64,000 nt of DNA from Tubiluchus corallicola (taxonomy: Eukaryota; Animalia; Priapulida). The notes beneath the pieces were generated by a model that was not told the DNA's origin, ran no database searches, and worked only from the letters and a program-made list of their open reading frames with translations. Below, piece after piece: positions 1-12,792 of the stretch. The stretch spans positions 620,001 to 684,000 of the forward strand of contig JAQGDQ010000022.1 of assembly GCA_030141605.1 (NCBI GenBank), read 5' to 3'. The translations under genes were made by a program, and so were the position numbers. The stretch's first letter is position 1; each line of letters opens with the position of its first letter.

Positions 1-3000
1 CTTCTGCCTCGAGTTGTGATGCACTGTAAATAAGAACCAAGAAAAAACAAAACAGTAAAATGTCAGTCGTTTATTAAATGTCCATTATTAAAACCGCCAT
101 TAAACCATAAGTCAAGAGTTCACCATTAAATTTGCTCCCAAGGTATTAGAGAGTTGCAAAGCAAATTAAGCGTGTATTAGTATATTTGTTGTTAAAATGG
201 TGTATATAGATACCAAATACACTGCCACAAAAAACCAACCTGAGATTACATCATCTGTTGCGCCTGTACTTTTGCCGTCTATGAATATGCATTTAGGCCC
301 TTCACATCATAACACAAAACCATGGAGAAGCAGTTTTCTCGCAATCACCAGATTATTAAATAGATGAATGAGTGTCGGAAAAACCTGCCACTTGAAGGTT
401 TTATTCTACCAGCGACTCCCATTGTGCCCACAGGTTATTTATCTCGCTAAAAGAGAGCATAAATAGGTGGCCCCAGGGCCAGATTATGATTTTCTGGGAA
501 CCCAGGCTAATGAAATTATGTGCCAGCTTAGAAAGAGCCAGGGGCCCTTTATGTCAAACAAGGGTCCACTTTTTTAAAACTGGGTTTTAGACTCCGGGGC
601 CTCGTTTTTTAGAGTTAAAATTTTGTTATAAGTAAATGAATCATTCAGCAATGCAAAATATCAAAATATTATACTCACTTAAAAAAATTATTTGTGAAAA
701 TCTTTTAGCAGGGTCCCTCAAGTTTGGGGCCATAGACCCTGGATGGCCCAGTGAAAATACAGAATACAATAATTTTAGAAGTAATTGCCTAACAAAGTTG
801 AAAAATGTTGAAGCCTCAGCATTAGAAAACTCACAAATTAAGCTCTGATGAATATAATATAGTTTCATTTTTGTACCAAGCTGTATATGAGATAACCGAA
901 AATCAAAATATCATACTATGGTATTATAAAAGATTGAGATGTCAGTTTTTCCAAAATAAAAGTGCATGCAGGTTTACACTTCAGTGAAGTGGGTAGGCAG
1001 CCTGGTAGCTTGACACACGGGTTTTACTAAAAGAGTTTTACTTGAAAAACTTTGTCTCATTTTTAAGATTTTTTGGAGGTTGCTTGCCGAGTTTGGCGAG
1101 GTGAAGAGACTTATTCTACATCAACCAAAATGCAACAGCTTCAAACCTCAATAATCTATATAATTACATTATGAACGATTTTCAGATTTAGTATTAAACC
1201 CAGTATAAACTATTCCTGCGGAACATTCAACAAGATAGACAGCACCACACAACAACAATAACAACAAAAATGACCCATAGCAGGACTGACCATTTGAGCC
1301 CTATTCTTGGAATGCCTTCAAAAATTATATATACGGGCAAAGGTAACAGTTAGTTTGCGACACATTTCTGCCAATAATGGAATTTTTGAAGGCAGTTGCA
1401 AATCACAAAACACCGTGCATTACTCATTTCACTCACCCTTGTTGGCCAAGAAGGAAGATCCTAACAGCTTTGCGCTGCTCCTCTGAATGTTGAGGACATC
1501 GATGAGACCTAGAAACACAGCAACGAAACCTGAATGTCATGGCAGAACTAGACAGAAACTGAGTTATCCAAAACAATTTGCAATTTTATTCTACAAGTTA
1601 CAGAACCTTCTGTTTGCCGACCTGACTTGTTAATAGTTATGCCTCTCGATCACTGCTAGACTGGCACACTCAAATCTCATGCCAAGAGATCTTAGTTGGC
1701 AAGAATTTATAACTTAGCAAAGAAACTTGTATTATGAACAAGCAAAGGTTGTCAAAGAAAAGTTTGATGATGCTTAGATAATGCTCGATGATTTGCAATG
1801 AGTGACAATATATATAGCAAGGCGTAGATATGTTACAATTCCCAGACATGCTACAATGTATAGATTCAAATACAGTTCATAGATATGTGTTATAATGTAT
1901 GGATATGTTACAATGGGGAGATAAGCTACAATTTATAGGAATGTTACGATGTATAGTCAGTATAGATGTATTACAATGTTGTGTATGTTACAACATGTGA
2001 ATATGTCGCAATGTGCGGATACGCTACAATATACAAATGTTACATTGCATGGATTTATTACAAGATGAGGATATACTGCAATGTTTGGACATGCTACAAC
2101 ACACAGATATGGTACATTGCATGAATATACTAATTTAACAAAATTTCACCACAGCCAAGTTTTGTCAAAATTCTGTTTACTTACAATCAAAAGGTGAAAA
2201 GGTACATAATAATGATGGGAAATAACACACACATGTTTGGAATACTTATCATTACCTTGTGCACATTTTCTTGGTATGTTCTGATATCACACCACAGCTA
2301 TGCATCAGCAGGGACTTTGTTTCATCTAACAAGATAGCAAGCAGATAATAACTCATTGCAAATATGCTAGACAGAAACATCAAGTCCTACACTAAAATCT
2401 AAATGCCCATTTTGCTCTGAAAGAAATTCTACTCCATCCGGTTAAACAGTAAGATGCTATATTCTGCCTTATCACTACATTTATCTTCGAACATGTTTAC
2501 TGATTTTTATTCAGTCTCATAAATGCCTTCGATAACATAAAATGTACATTACAATAGCTATTAAGTTTAATATCATTAATATAATACTCAAAAACTTAAT
2601 TTAGTCATAAGCACACAAACACATAACAATCAAATTTAAGAGCAATTAAATGTTAGGTGTTTGACATACGATAAATAAGACATTTGTGCTGATTACAGCA
2701 GAAAAATATTGTAAAACTAATAAATGATTTTGTCGAAGAATTCAAACTGATTTCAATTGCCACAACAATACACATTATGTTTTCTTTAATAAGTTTTATG
2801 TGTACCCAAAAATTCAAAAGAAAATAACTGAAGATAGCAATTTCGTAGAAACATAACATAAACATGAGGATTCCACAGTCTGCCATCTTGTGATTCCAGT
2901 CAAATAATAAACTGCTGGCCTCACCTTATTCTACTATCATTAGTCTTTTCCTTATCTGCTAAAATGAGGTTAAAACTTAACCTAAAACTTAAACCTAAAA

Positions 3001-4717
3001 CTGAATTCAGGTAACCAAGTGAGCATTTTCTGATCTTTTACAAGATACACGCAATATGCAGAAAAAACTATGTATGCTAAAATAACTAAAATGAGGTTAA
3101 AACTTAATTGTAACACTTAAACATAAAACTGAGTTCAGGTGACCAAGTGAACATTTTCTGATCTCTTACAAGCTACATGTAATTTGCAGAAAAAATTATG
3201 TATGTTAAAATAACGACTACCATATAGGGTACATTTTATTAATTTTGATTAAAAATGCACTATCTTAGGTGTTTAAGGTAAATTCGCACACTTAACACTT
3301 TGCTGTTGTTTCTTCACATAAATCAAAATTGTGAAAATGTAAAGCAGATGCTTAAGTTCCCAGCTGCACATACACACAGAGAGATACAGATGGCAATGTG
3401 CTCAGACAAATGTTTAATGTGCGAACTTAACTTTTTAGGCACTAAACAAAAGAGCAAAGTTGAAAACTAAATCCAGCAGTAAACCAACTAACAAATAAAA
3501 ACAAAAGCAACTACTAAGCAACATTGTTAATTGCAGAAAGGGGAAGCTGTGACGGCCTATAAGCAAATAAACATGTATTACAAGCAGATGCTATATAAGC
3601 AAAACAATTAAAAATAAGGGCTCTAGGCACGAAGCAGGAAGTTAAAGGATGATGTGTCCTGTGCAGTCATACAGCAAGTAATGTCAGCAAAAACCTACCA
3701 ATTCCCGCTTGTAGGGGATCAATAGACGGGACTTGTGCTGTAGGAATAGGTTGTTGAGAGGAAAGAGGGTCACTGCTTCCACTGGGTATCTCACCTGCAA
3801 GTTTTATTAATTAGCAAGTTCACAGAAAATCAATTTAGCACTTATTTGATAACAAGCAAGTGAAGGTCCTAATGTATAAAGTTTTTGAAGACTATTGACA
3901 ATAAACTGGCCAGCTGTTGTTCATCAGATTACTAATATGATGTAGTTAGCTAATTGATCACATTCTTAATTCATTAATAACCATCTTTTAATTATTACAG
4001 TAAAGTACTGCAATCCTAGAGTAAGCTATGACAACATAAGACTTTTTCATCTGCCATCTAGGGGCGAGATAAAAAATCATTGCAAGTGTGTAATTGCACT
4101 ATGTGCAGTCCTATGAAATTCTGAAAAACTGAAAATATATTAGAACTACTGACTTTATTGTGTGAATACCCAACATCACACGTAATGATAAGCCTGGCCA
4201 TAAATTGCATTTCGACTTACCATGTTCTCATTTCAAACAGTTACAAACCACTGCCGAATTTTAGCTGAAAAATTTTGCTCTAACCTATACAATGAAATCA
4301 AGTCTTAATTTGGATAGAAAGAAACTTACCATATCTAAGTTTGCTTGTTTTTGGTCGACGAGGTGGCTGGTTGTTTTTCTCTCTTCGCTTTGCCCGGGCT
4401 GTAATAAGACAGAAAACGTAAATTTCAAAAACAATAGCAATGTCAACTTTTTATGTAGTTTGGTACTGGTTAGTGCAGACTCAGCACTCATTATCAAAGG
4501 CTACTTAACGTAAATTGTAAAGTGGAACATGAACTGTTATCAAGATTAATCCTCTAACATGAAGTACTGAACCAACTAAGGTGCCACGAATCACATTTCC
4601 TGACCATTTTCCCTCAGTGTTGCTCAAATTAGAAAAACAAAGCAGTTAAACATACAATGTGACCACTCCACAATATCTTCACTCACTATCACACAAATCA
4701 CAACAAAGGGTAAGCAC

Positions 4718-4757
<40 letters not shown>

Positions 4758-7700
4758 TCTAACAGGGATGTAACTCTTCTATAAACATCAGAATTTGAGG
4801 TGAGTGGGAGTTTTTAAAGCTCATGTAAGCCTATTTTACTCTTGTAACCTATTGCTTTGGCGAACGTAGTTTTGAATCAATTTTTTTGCCCAAGCATTGT
4901 CGGAAGTCCATGTATATACATAAGCTTTAAAAACTCCCACTCACCTCAAATTCTGATGTTTATAGAAGAGTTACATCCTCTGTTAAGTTAAAACAAAATA
5001 AAGCTAAGTCACTAATTGCACACTTGGGCAGCAGGGATACAATAACATTTCAAATATGCAGATAAGAAAATTTAGCAAAATGAGCAAATGCTTTTGCACT
5101 GTTGTTCTACAACTAATTAAGGAACAGTTACCCTCTTATAACCAACACAGTAAAGCCATTAAGAGTTGTGCTACAGCAAAAACTGGCTAAAATTATAGAA
5201 AATACAAAAACAAAAATCAGAAAATAGTTAGAAAAGAGCCCAAAGAAGACAAGAAAAAGAATATGAATATGACAGAAAAGACATATATATGGCATGAAAA
5301 GAAGAGATAACACGAGGTGAAAAGAAACCAAAATGTCATCACAGACATGGAAATGGGAAAATAAAGCTGAACAGAGACAAAAATATCTCAAAACAGCAAG
5401 CAGATAATCACTATGACCTTTTTTATCAGCACCATAATTCCAGTCATCATCATTATCATTCTCTTCATTATCACTGTCATTTTTCCCCGTATTTGCAATT
5501 CTGTAATATCAAAGAAGTTACAAACTGTACATACAGTTCTTACAATTATAAAGATACAATAATATTAAGTGCCATAAAACATTATTTTTAAGAAATTATC
5601 AATTTTGTGAGACACTTTTTCACATTAAGACTTTCATATAATTGTTCATATATTAAGATTACAATTTTAATTTTTAAGCTGACTTTGTGCTATTGTATTA
5701 TTATTTTTACTAAATGCTACAAGAGACAGATTCATTCGTACAGAATATGCACATAAAAGCAAAGTAAACAACTTTTTTAACAAACATTACTTTGTCAATA
5801 TACCAACACCCTTTACTACATCTACAATTATTCACTCTGCTATAGTTCTTGCTCATGGTTGCTTTTGGGCTTGAGGTATCACAGTTAGTTTCTAGATATG
5901 CCTATACGTACAGCCTCTACATAAATTTGGCAAACTAAATGAGTAAAACAATCCCCACACAAATCCTACACTACTTATATACATATTTTATTCATCAGGT
6001 GTACTGCACAAATGCCAGCCTCTACAAAAGAGAGAAGTGACTATATCAATGCCTACTTCGAAGTATTTTCACACCACGAACGAAATTTTAAGGACTACTG
6101 GACTACAGGCGACAGTATAAACTGGTTTTCTAGTACTTTCTTAAAATTATGAAACATCTTTATAGTTATTTAGAAAAAAAATGCAAAGAGTAGACTTTCA
6201 TTGACAGCAGCACAAATTAAGTATTGCATAAATTTTTTTCTAAGCCACTTACAAATGGCTAAATTTGTCATGTATTTGCTGTCCTTGCATGCTGCCCTTG
6301 CAGTATGCTTACGTTTTTAAGTTTATGTTAAAGTATCGTAAGCAGTGCCACTTTCCCTGTACTTTGTCTCGGTCAGCCCAGGTTACTGTCCTTTGTTGTT
6401 GTATTCTGCTAATACTTTTTCAAATGCACTAATGGTCTTATGAAATGGCTACGGGTCTTCTGAAACCGGGAATTATCAAGTTAGCATAGTGCAGTGAAGG
6501 AAGAAAGCAATGCCGAAGTTGGTCAGTTGAATGTCAGGTGACAGGTGCATTCAATAAGTGCTCTGGCCCGAGAAGCTTCATTCATCATAGTAATCCTGGT
6601 TGTTTATAAACCACCTTGAAAAGAATGTAGTCTCACATTTGAAAATGACCGAGACACCTTTACCGGTTTAGCATCCTACTTTATGGCAGATTTAGAGGAA
6701 TAGTTTTGATAAAGAACCAGGCTATAATCTCACCACAACCATCCATATTAAATTGGACTTGGCATTGAGTGCTGAATTGGATCCTCTAGCTCAGTGCGAG
6801 GAATCAAAATGTCAGTCTTACTTTCACTGACAAAAACATTTTACCCCCCCCCCCCCCCAGGGGGAGGGCAGATTAAGGATGCAAGCAATTGCAACTATAG
6901 TGAAGGCAGGCTTTGTTCAACAAAATGTTAATTTTACCTCCTTTCCTCGGGGGGACAAGGGCAGAATTCTAACCATTGCAACTATAGTACAACAAAAGCA
7001 GACTTTGTCCTGCAAAATGTCAATGTAGATGTTAGGTGATCAGTGACAACAATTGGGCAATGGTGTGCACTGACCCTCCTCCCACAGAAGAAGAAAAAAT
7101 CCATGATGGTGGGCAAAATGGAAATGTCAATGTAGATGTTAGATGATCAGTGATAACGTTTGGGCTATGGCGTGCAATGACCATCCCTCCCACAGAAGAA
7201 AAAAATCTATGATGGTGGGAAAAATGGAAGCCTCTGAGTCAACTTAATACCCCAACATTTACAAAAATATTTAACCACCTCTCCAAGGAAAGGGAAGGAA
7301 GGCAGATCCAGGATTTGAACAAGTCTAATTACAGCACTATAAATGAAGGTTTTGTCCAGCAAAATGTCAAGCATAGGTGCTAGATGAGACAAAGGTAAAA
7401 GTTGTCAAAAGTGGCCAAAAATGCCAGCTGTACAAAACTTGCTGTCCGAAAATTGGGCATAAAAACCATATGACCTTGTCTGATCAGGAAGCACCAGATC
7501 TGGAAATTAGCACTCTTTGAATATCTTTATTGCTCATGTGAATTTGTGAACCAAATTTGGTAACAAAGATGATCTTGTGTCAAATTTCAAGATCTTCAAG
7601 GTCTTAAAAATGAGAGTCAGCACACTTATAACATCATCGACGCCCTAGTTACATTAATCTCACCAATTGGTAAGAAAAAATAAATTTTATGTTAGCTAGG

Positions 7701-10201
7701 AGCAAAAAATGTGATGTGGCGACTCCTGAAAACAAATGAATTTTTTGTTCTAATGTAGTTTTACCTTTTACTAGCAAGACGTGAGCTGTTTCTTCCCATA
7801 CCCATGCATTTCTCCAAGTGAGGAGCAAAACGAGAAGCAGCCAAATTTCGCTGGCAGTTTGGACAAATGCAGTCAAACATCTTCAAGTTGTTTTTAATTG
7901 GCGGTTGCCCGAAGACATCCAAGCCTTTCTCATCAACTATTTCTAAAACAATAATTTTCGTGCAGTTTAGTAAAAAACCTTGAAACAGAGTAATAAACTG
8001 CATTTATTTCATTTATATGTCCATCACCAACACCATTACACTGCCTATTACCACCATCACCACTACTACCATCACTGATATTATTTTTCTAATCGTCATA
8101 ATCACTACCATTAGGTGTTAGAATCAAACTCATTATGTCAATCATGATCATTATACTTTTTAATAACTTTATTAATCGTACGTCAGCTCACCATTATCAC
8201 CATCAATATCGTCATTTTCACCATCACCACAATCATGATTACAGCATCATCAGTTAGGTAGCTTAAAACAACCATTTCTAGTTATTATTATATATATATA
8301 AAGTATATATATATAAAAGTATATATATATAAAACACATGCACACACACTCATTCACACGTAAGGTCATACATTTGCAATGATTTAGTCACATTTTTTTA
8401 TCCAACCAAGTTTTGTTTTTAGGGTTTTGGGTTTTGTAATGTTAGGTACAGTAACTTTCTTTCTTTTCACAATTCTGGGTAACTGAAATGTATTATCATT
8501 ATGGGGAAATGATTAGAAAAAAGTGGAGAATACTGGACTGTTTTTGATGAGAATCTTATAATGTCTTAGTTTCTCTCCTGCATGATGTTTTGCTCTTTTC
8601 GTTGGTTCGTGAAGAGGTTGACATGGTGAGCTTGGGCTTACATGGATTAGTTTTGTAATTACATGGGCATAGCTTTTATCTATGTCTTATGTGCAATATG
8701 TTCGATTACCTTGCTGATTTCCTCAATTGGCATTCATTACTTGTAAAGACATTTTAGTCAGCTTGGGAGGAGTAAGCTGCTGCTGTTGGGGGTAATGGCA
8801 CTATAGTGGAATATACAGTAAGCTATCGTCTTAGCTAGAGGGGTGCAGGGTCCAGTTAAAACCCAAAACCGTGAAGCATGACGTAGTTTGTCTAATATCT
8901 AAAGTATATTAATTTTTTGCAGTCTCTAAGTAAGAAAACGCACTAATCCCAAATAACTAAACACCAATCCCGAAAATCTCGAACCACCAAGATTGAGGTA
9001 TGCAATCCTGATATTTATGAAAAAGAACGCAGGATGACAATTCGGTACCACATTTCAGAACCCTATGAAGAATGTACTTACGGTATTGCTTCTGGCCTTC
9101 AGGATCAGTATCAGCAAGGAAAAAAGTACCAATTTTGACAGACCGATGAATCTCGAAGACCAGACCCAGGATCACCTCATCCAGTAATTCATCGTAAACA
9201 AATTCCTTTAGTTCCTAGGTAAATGAATGCACAAATAGACATTTTATTTGAAATTCTTGTTTTAAGATTTTGCTTGAAATAAAGCACCATCATTTTTTAA
9301 TATGGCTTAAGCATGTTCTGTGAGTTAGCAACGTTTATTGTGTAGAATGCAAGCGGTCAGAACACCTGTGGTATTCACCTGAAACTGAAAACTACTAAGT
9401 TTGCATATAGGATAAAATAAAATACTGAACAGTAGTCATTATTAAATTTAGATCTCTTAGTTGTTAGAAGTTCAATAAGCCGTTTCACAGTTTCGTTTTG
9501 AGCACACACAATTGCTGCAGGTCAAAGGTTAAGTGTACCACAGCGACACGTCTTAACTACAGCCGTCATGTGACATGTATGTAAAAGAAAGCCATTTGTT
9601 TCATCAGTTCAGTAATGTCAGTTGTTTTATGTGGATTTTGCTTAATTATGCGCGTAGTCTGTACGTAGATTTACTAGCAGCATCTTGCTTCGGGAACAAG
9701 AAAAAATGAACTAGGCAAGGTTCTAGTTAGCTGTTAATACTGTTGCTATTACAGTAGCGAAGCACTGTCAAGTGTACACAAATACGTTGTCTGGTACACA
9801 TAATCTCTGGCCTTTTCACGATCATCATCAATCGCTCGAATTATGAAAAGGCCTATTCAAAGAAGTTGTATTAAGTCAGAGCAACAATTTTTTTAAATCA
9901 GTTTTATACAGCAGGACATCACTTAGCAAATAGTATATACTTTTAGAGCCATTAACCTTATAACACATTTATATTATTCAATGCAATATATTGTTAAAAC
10001 TCTTTCTATGTTAAACATGCAAGATGATTGAACCGCACTCACATTTTCTTCTTTATCATCAAAATCATATTTCATAGCATCGTGATTGCCGTTTTCCCCC
10101 ACCAGGCTTTCCGGAAGATTGGTACCTGTCACACAACTGCTCTTACTGTCATCGTCAAACAAATCAAACGTATCTAAGCTTTCGATCCCGAATAGTGACA
10201 T
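1..10201 (-). CDS. ATXN7L3: Ataxin-7-like protein 3 / Sgf11 (SAGA deubiquitination module), multi-exon, 3' end outside window
   Basis: Phase-consistent exons on the minus strand: 10201-10043 (probable first coding exon, less certain), 9214-9082 ([38 protein letters not shown]), 7942-7765 (Sgf11 Zn finger [33 protein letters not shown]), 5500-5418 ([11 protein letters not shown]), 4398-4330, 3794-3699, 2325-2256 (SCA7 finger [14 protein letters not shown]), 1508-1437 ([21 protein letters not shown]), 23-1. Confidence 0.93.
474..770. mobile_element. Degenerate non-autonomous DNA transposon (hAT-like MITE) fragment
   Basis: Starts CAGGGCCAGATTA and carries several GGGGCCC-like motifs in AT-rich intron DNA. 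No clean right TIR or TSD found. Confidence 0.3.
1825..2130. repeat. Degenerate ~18-bp minisatellite
   Basis: Recurring unit of roughly GATATGTTACAATGTATA in an ATXN7L3 intron. Confidence 0.75.
2959..3214. repeat. Diverged tandem duplication, ~127-bp unit
   Basis: CTAAAATGAGGTTAAAACTTAA...TATGTATG(C/T)TAAAATAAC begins at 2959 and again at 3086. Confidence 0.85.
4719..4750. repeat. (TA)n microsatellite
   Basis: Perfect TA run next to the foldback MITE. Confidence 0.95.
4762..4983. mobile_element. Foldback MITE with ~65-bp near-perfect TIRs, TA-flanked
   Basis: ACAGGGATGTAACTCTTCTATAAACATCAGAATTTGAGGTGAGTGGGAGTTTTTAAAGCT at 4762 is matched by its reverse complement ending at 4983 (one indel). 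TA lies on both sides, as for Tc1/mariner TSDs. Confidence 0.8.
6886..7232. repeat. Compound local duplications (~108-bp unit plus a shorter repeat)
   Basis: AAATGTCAATGTAGATGTTAG...CCCACAGAAGAA...ATGATGGTGGG...AAAATGGAA occurs twice (~7015, ~7123). TTGCAACTATAGT...CTTTGT...CAAAATGT also recurs. Confidence 0.75.
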
Positions 10202-12792
10202 CTACTGGCCTTCATTAACATAGCTTCTTTGCCATGTTTCTTGATTGGGACTGTACCATTGATGACAGCAAACTTTCTCTTCATTACATCTAGCAATGTT
10301 TACATGTGGACATTTTATAAGAATCTAAAAAAATATGATAATTATCTGCACATAATAAAATGGTAGTTTATACAAAACACAGAAAACATCATTGGCATGT
10401 TGATCACTAGCTGATACTTACCACAAATAGTGTTTGAAATAACCTTTTATTCAGAAATCAGTGTAAATTGAATTTAGTTCTGTTGATTACTACATGAGAT
10501 CATAGCTGGGAGTTGAATCTGAACTTTATTCTGATGAAGAGGAATTATAATTTATAGAGGTAAAAGCTTAGTAATAAAAAAGATGTGCATTCATAAACAG
10601 TGCTTAAAGTGTATTTGTTTAGGTAAGACATCTCATGGCGAACAAAGCAAGAACAGCTAGGCGGTTTGGGGGAATGCTGTAAGCTCTCCCAGTGGGGTCA
10701 AGGGCTTACATTAGGGCAAAAACAATACATTTTCCACGATTTTAGTCATTTGAGGCCTTTTCATTTATTTACAAAAAGCAACCTTCAAAGTTTGTCACCA
10801 TTTATTTCCAAAAGGCTCTTCAAAATTTACACACTGGCACTAAACGTGTACTATTCCTATTTTCACCTTCACTGAGTGTGACAAATTGTGTCACAACTTC
10901 TATTACAGTACTTTATTTTACTTGTTGTTCTCTTTGTAAAACGTTTGACAAAAAACTACATAGAGGAATTTACTACTACTATGTCTACTACCCGATTACT
11001 ACTACTACCACTATTACAATTCATTTGCTTAACGTGAAACATTAACAAAATACAGTAGTACAAATGTAAAAAAAATTATCAGAGTGCATCAGCATACTAA
11101 CCTCAGCCAACTTCAAAGTGAAACTACACGTACAGTGACTGAGTGAGCAACTACATGATAACTACTATAGCTTGGTAAACAGTGCTGACCCACAGTAGTA
11201 ATAATTACCGACACGGAATCAATGTAGATACAGACTAAAAGATAGGTGTTCGACCTACCGGCGTTCAGAAAATAGCCATCATTGCTTGTAGTGGCATACG
11301 TTCGAAATACCAGCAAACTAAAATCAAGTTGTAGTGCAAATTATTAAGATATACAGTAAATATGAAGTAATCATGTAGCTATCCAAGCAAAACTCGAGCT
11401 TTCAACACAAAAGATGGACTCTTTCCCAAGTTTCCTTATCTCGTCTTGCCAAGTGACTTTCTTCAGCTTTAACAGATGGCGCTACCAGGTTTTCGATTGT
11501 TAGTCTTGAATAGTAATTCATAAGCTTTGCTGGTATCAGTTAGTGATATACAGTACGGCAGACTACGTCTACGGCAAAAATTTGCTTATTAACCTTGTCA
11601 GTAAATTACAATGCGTCACGTCAAGTCTAATACCCTTGGATTTGTTTCTACAATGTAAATTACATTCGTCCTAACGACACTGAGTCACTAACAATTATTG
11701 CAAAAGGAATTCACTGGAGCAGGGGTCTTGCCACAGGCAGTTGACCTACTCCACTTGCAGCATGTTTTAACTAGGAGTTTTTCATGGTCAAAAAACAAAA
11801 CATCGAGCTCTACCTTTCAGCAAGTATGAGAAAACATTATAGCACCTAGAATAACGGTTATTTTATGTCCCAGTGTTATCACAAAAATTAGTGTTTTAAT
11901 TTTACTAAAATTTGACCTTGAATCACACGCTCAAGGTTGCCTAATACCCACACTGTCATTACTTCTGAGAAGCCTCGAAATTTAGGTTTGTCTGCTGTAC
12001 TGTGGATTATATTTTCACGGTCCCTTGAAACTCGATATAAGCAGATAGTAGTGTATTGCAATAAAGCCAAAGTACCCTATCTTGTTGGTTAAAACTAATA
12101 TTTTCAGTAGCTAGTAACACCTATGTTTTAGAGACTTAATGTAAAACACATTGCACAGTCTCTTGACCTGAAAGCATTACAAGCTATTATAATGCCTTTA
12201 AATTTACGCTTAATCACCATTTTGAAAAAGGCTTTTGTACGACTACTACTCACTAAAGAGCAAAGGAACAGCCACAAAGAATAAATTTTTCAGCAGACAA
12301 ACATTCAATCATACAAATACACACTTGGTCATCATAAACCTTTAAGAGACTGAACAAAAATATCAAACTTCTAAAATATGTACGAACTCATTCGATTTCA
12401 CGTCTAATGTTGGTCAATGCATGACCTCTTTTTGAGTGAAAATACCTGTTACAAATGTAATAGATCTTTCATACCAAAAGTCATATGAAGTTTCACATAA
12501 CACCTTTCAACAACAAAAAATGCCATAACACAATTGAAATTGCAAATATACTTTATTCAACATCAAGGTTTTAATGTAGACCACTAAAACAGCACAGCGA
12601 ACGTTACAGCTGAAATTCTCGTCATCCTCTCAATAGCAGTATTATCAGCAGGACACGAAAAATCAAATTTTTGATGAACATATTCAAAATTCCAAAGTAG
12701 GTAACACTGAATCTAACTAAAACCACATCGATTTTGGGTTCACAAACCAGCTATAGATGACAAAACATGGCAATAAAGTGCAGAAAAAATAA

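Noticed and set aside
1825-2130. Regularly spaced repeats that might suggest a CRISPR-like array
   Set aside because: Degenerate head-to-tail minisatellite without unique spacers, inside a eukaryotic intron.
5877-5900. TATCACAG resembles the miR-2 family seed
   Set aside because: No complementary arm to form a pre-miRNA hairpin, and the rest of the sequence does not match.
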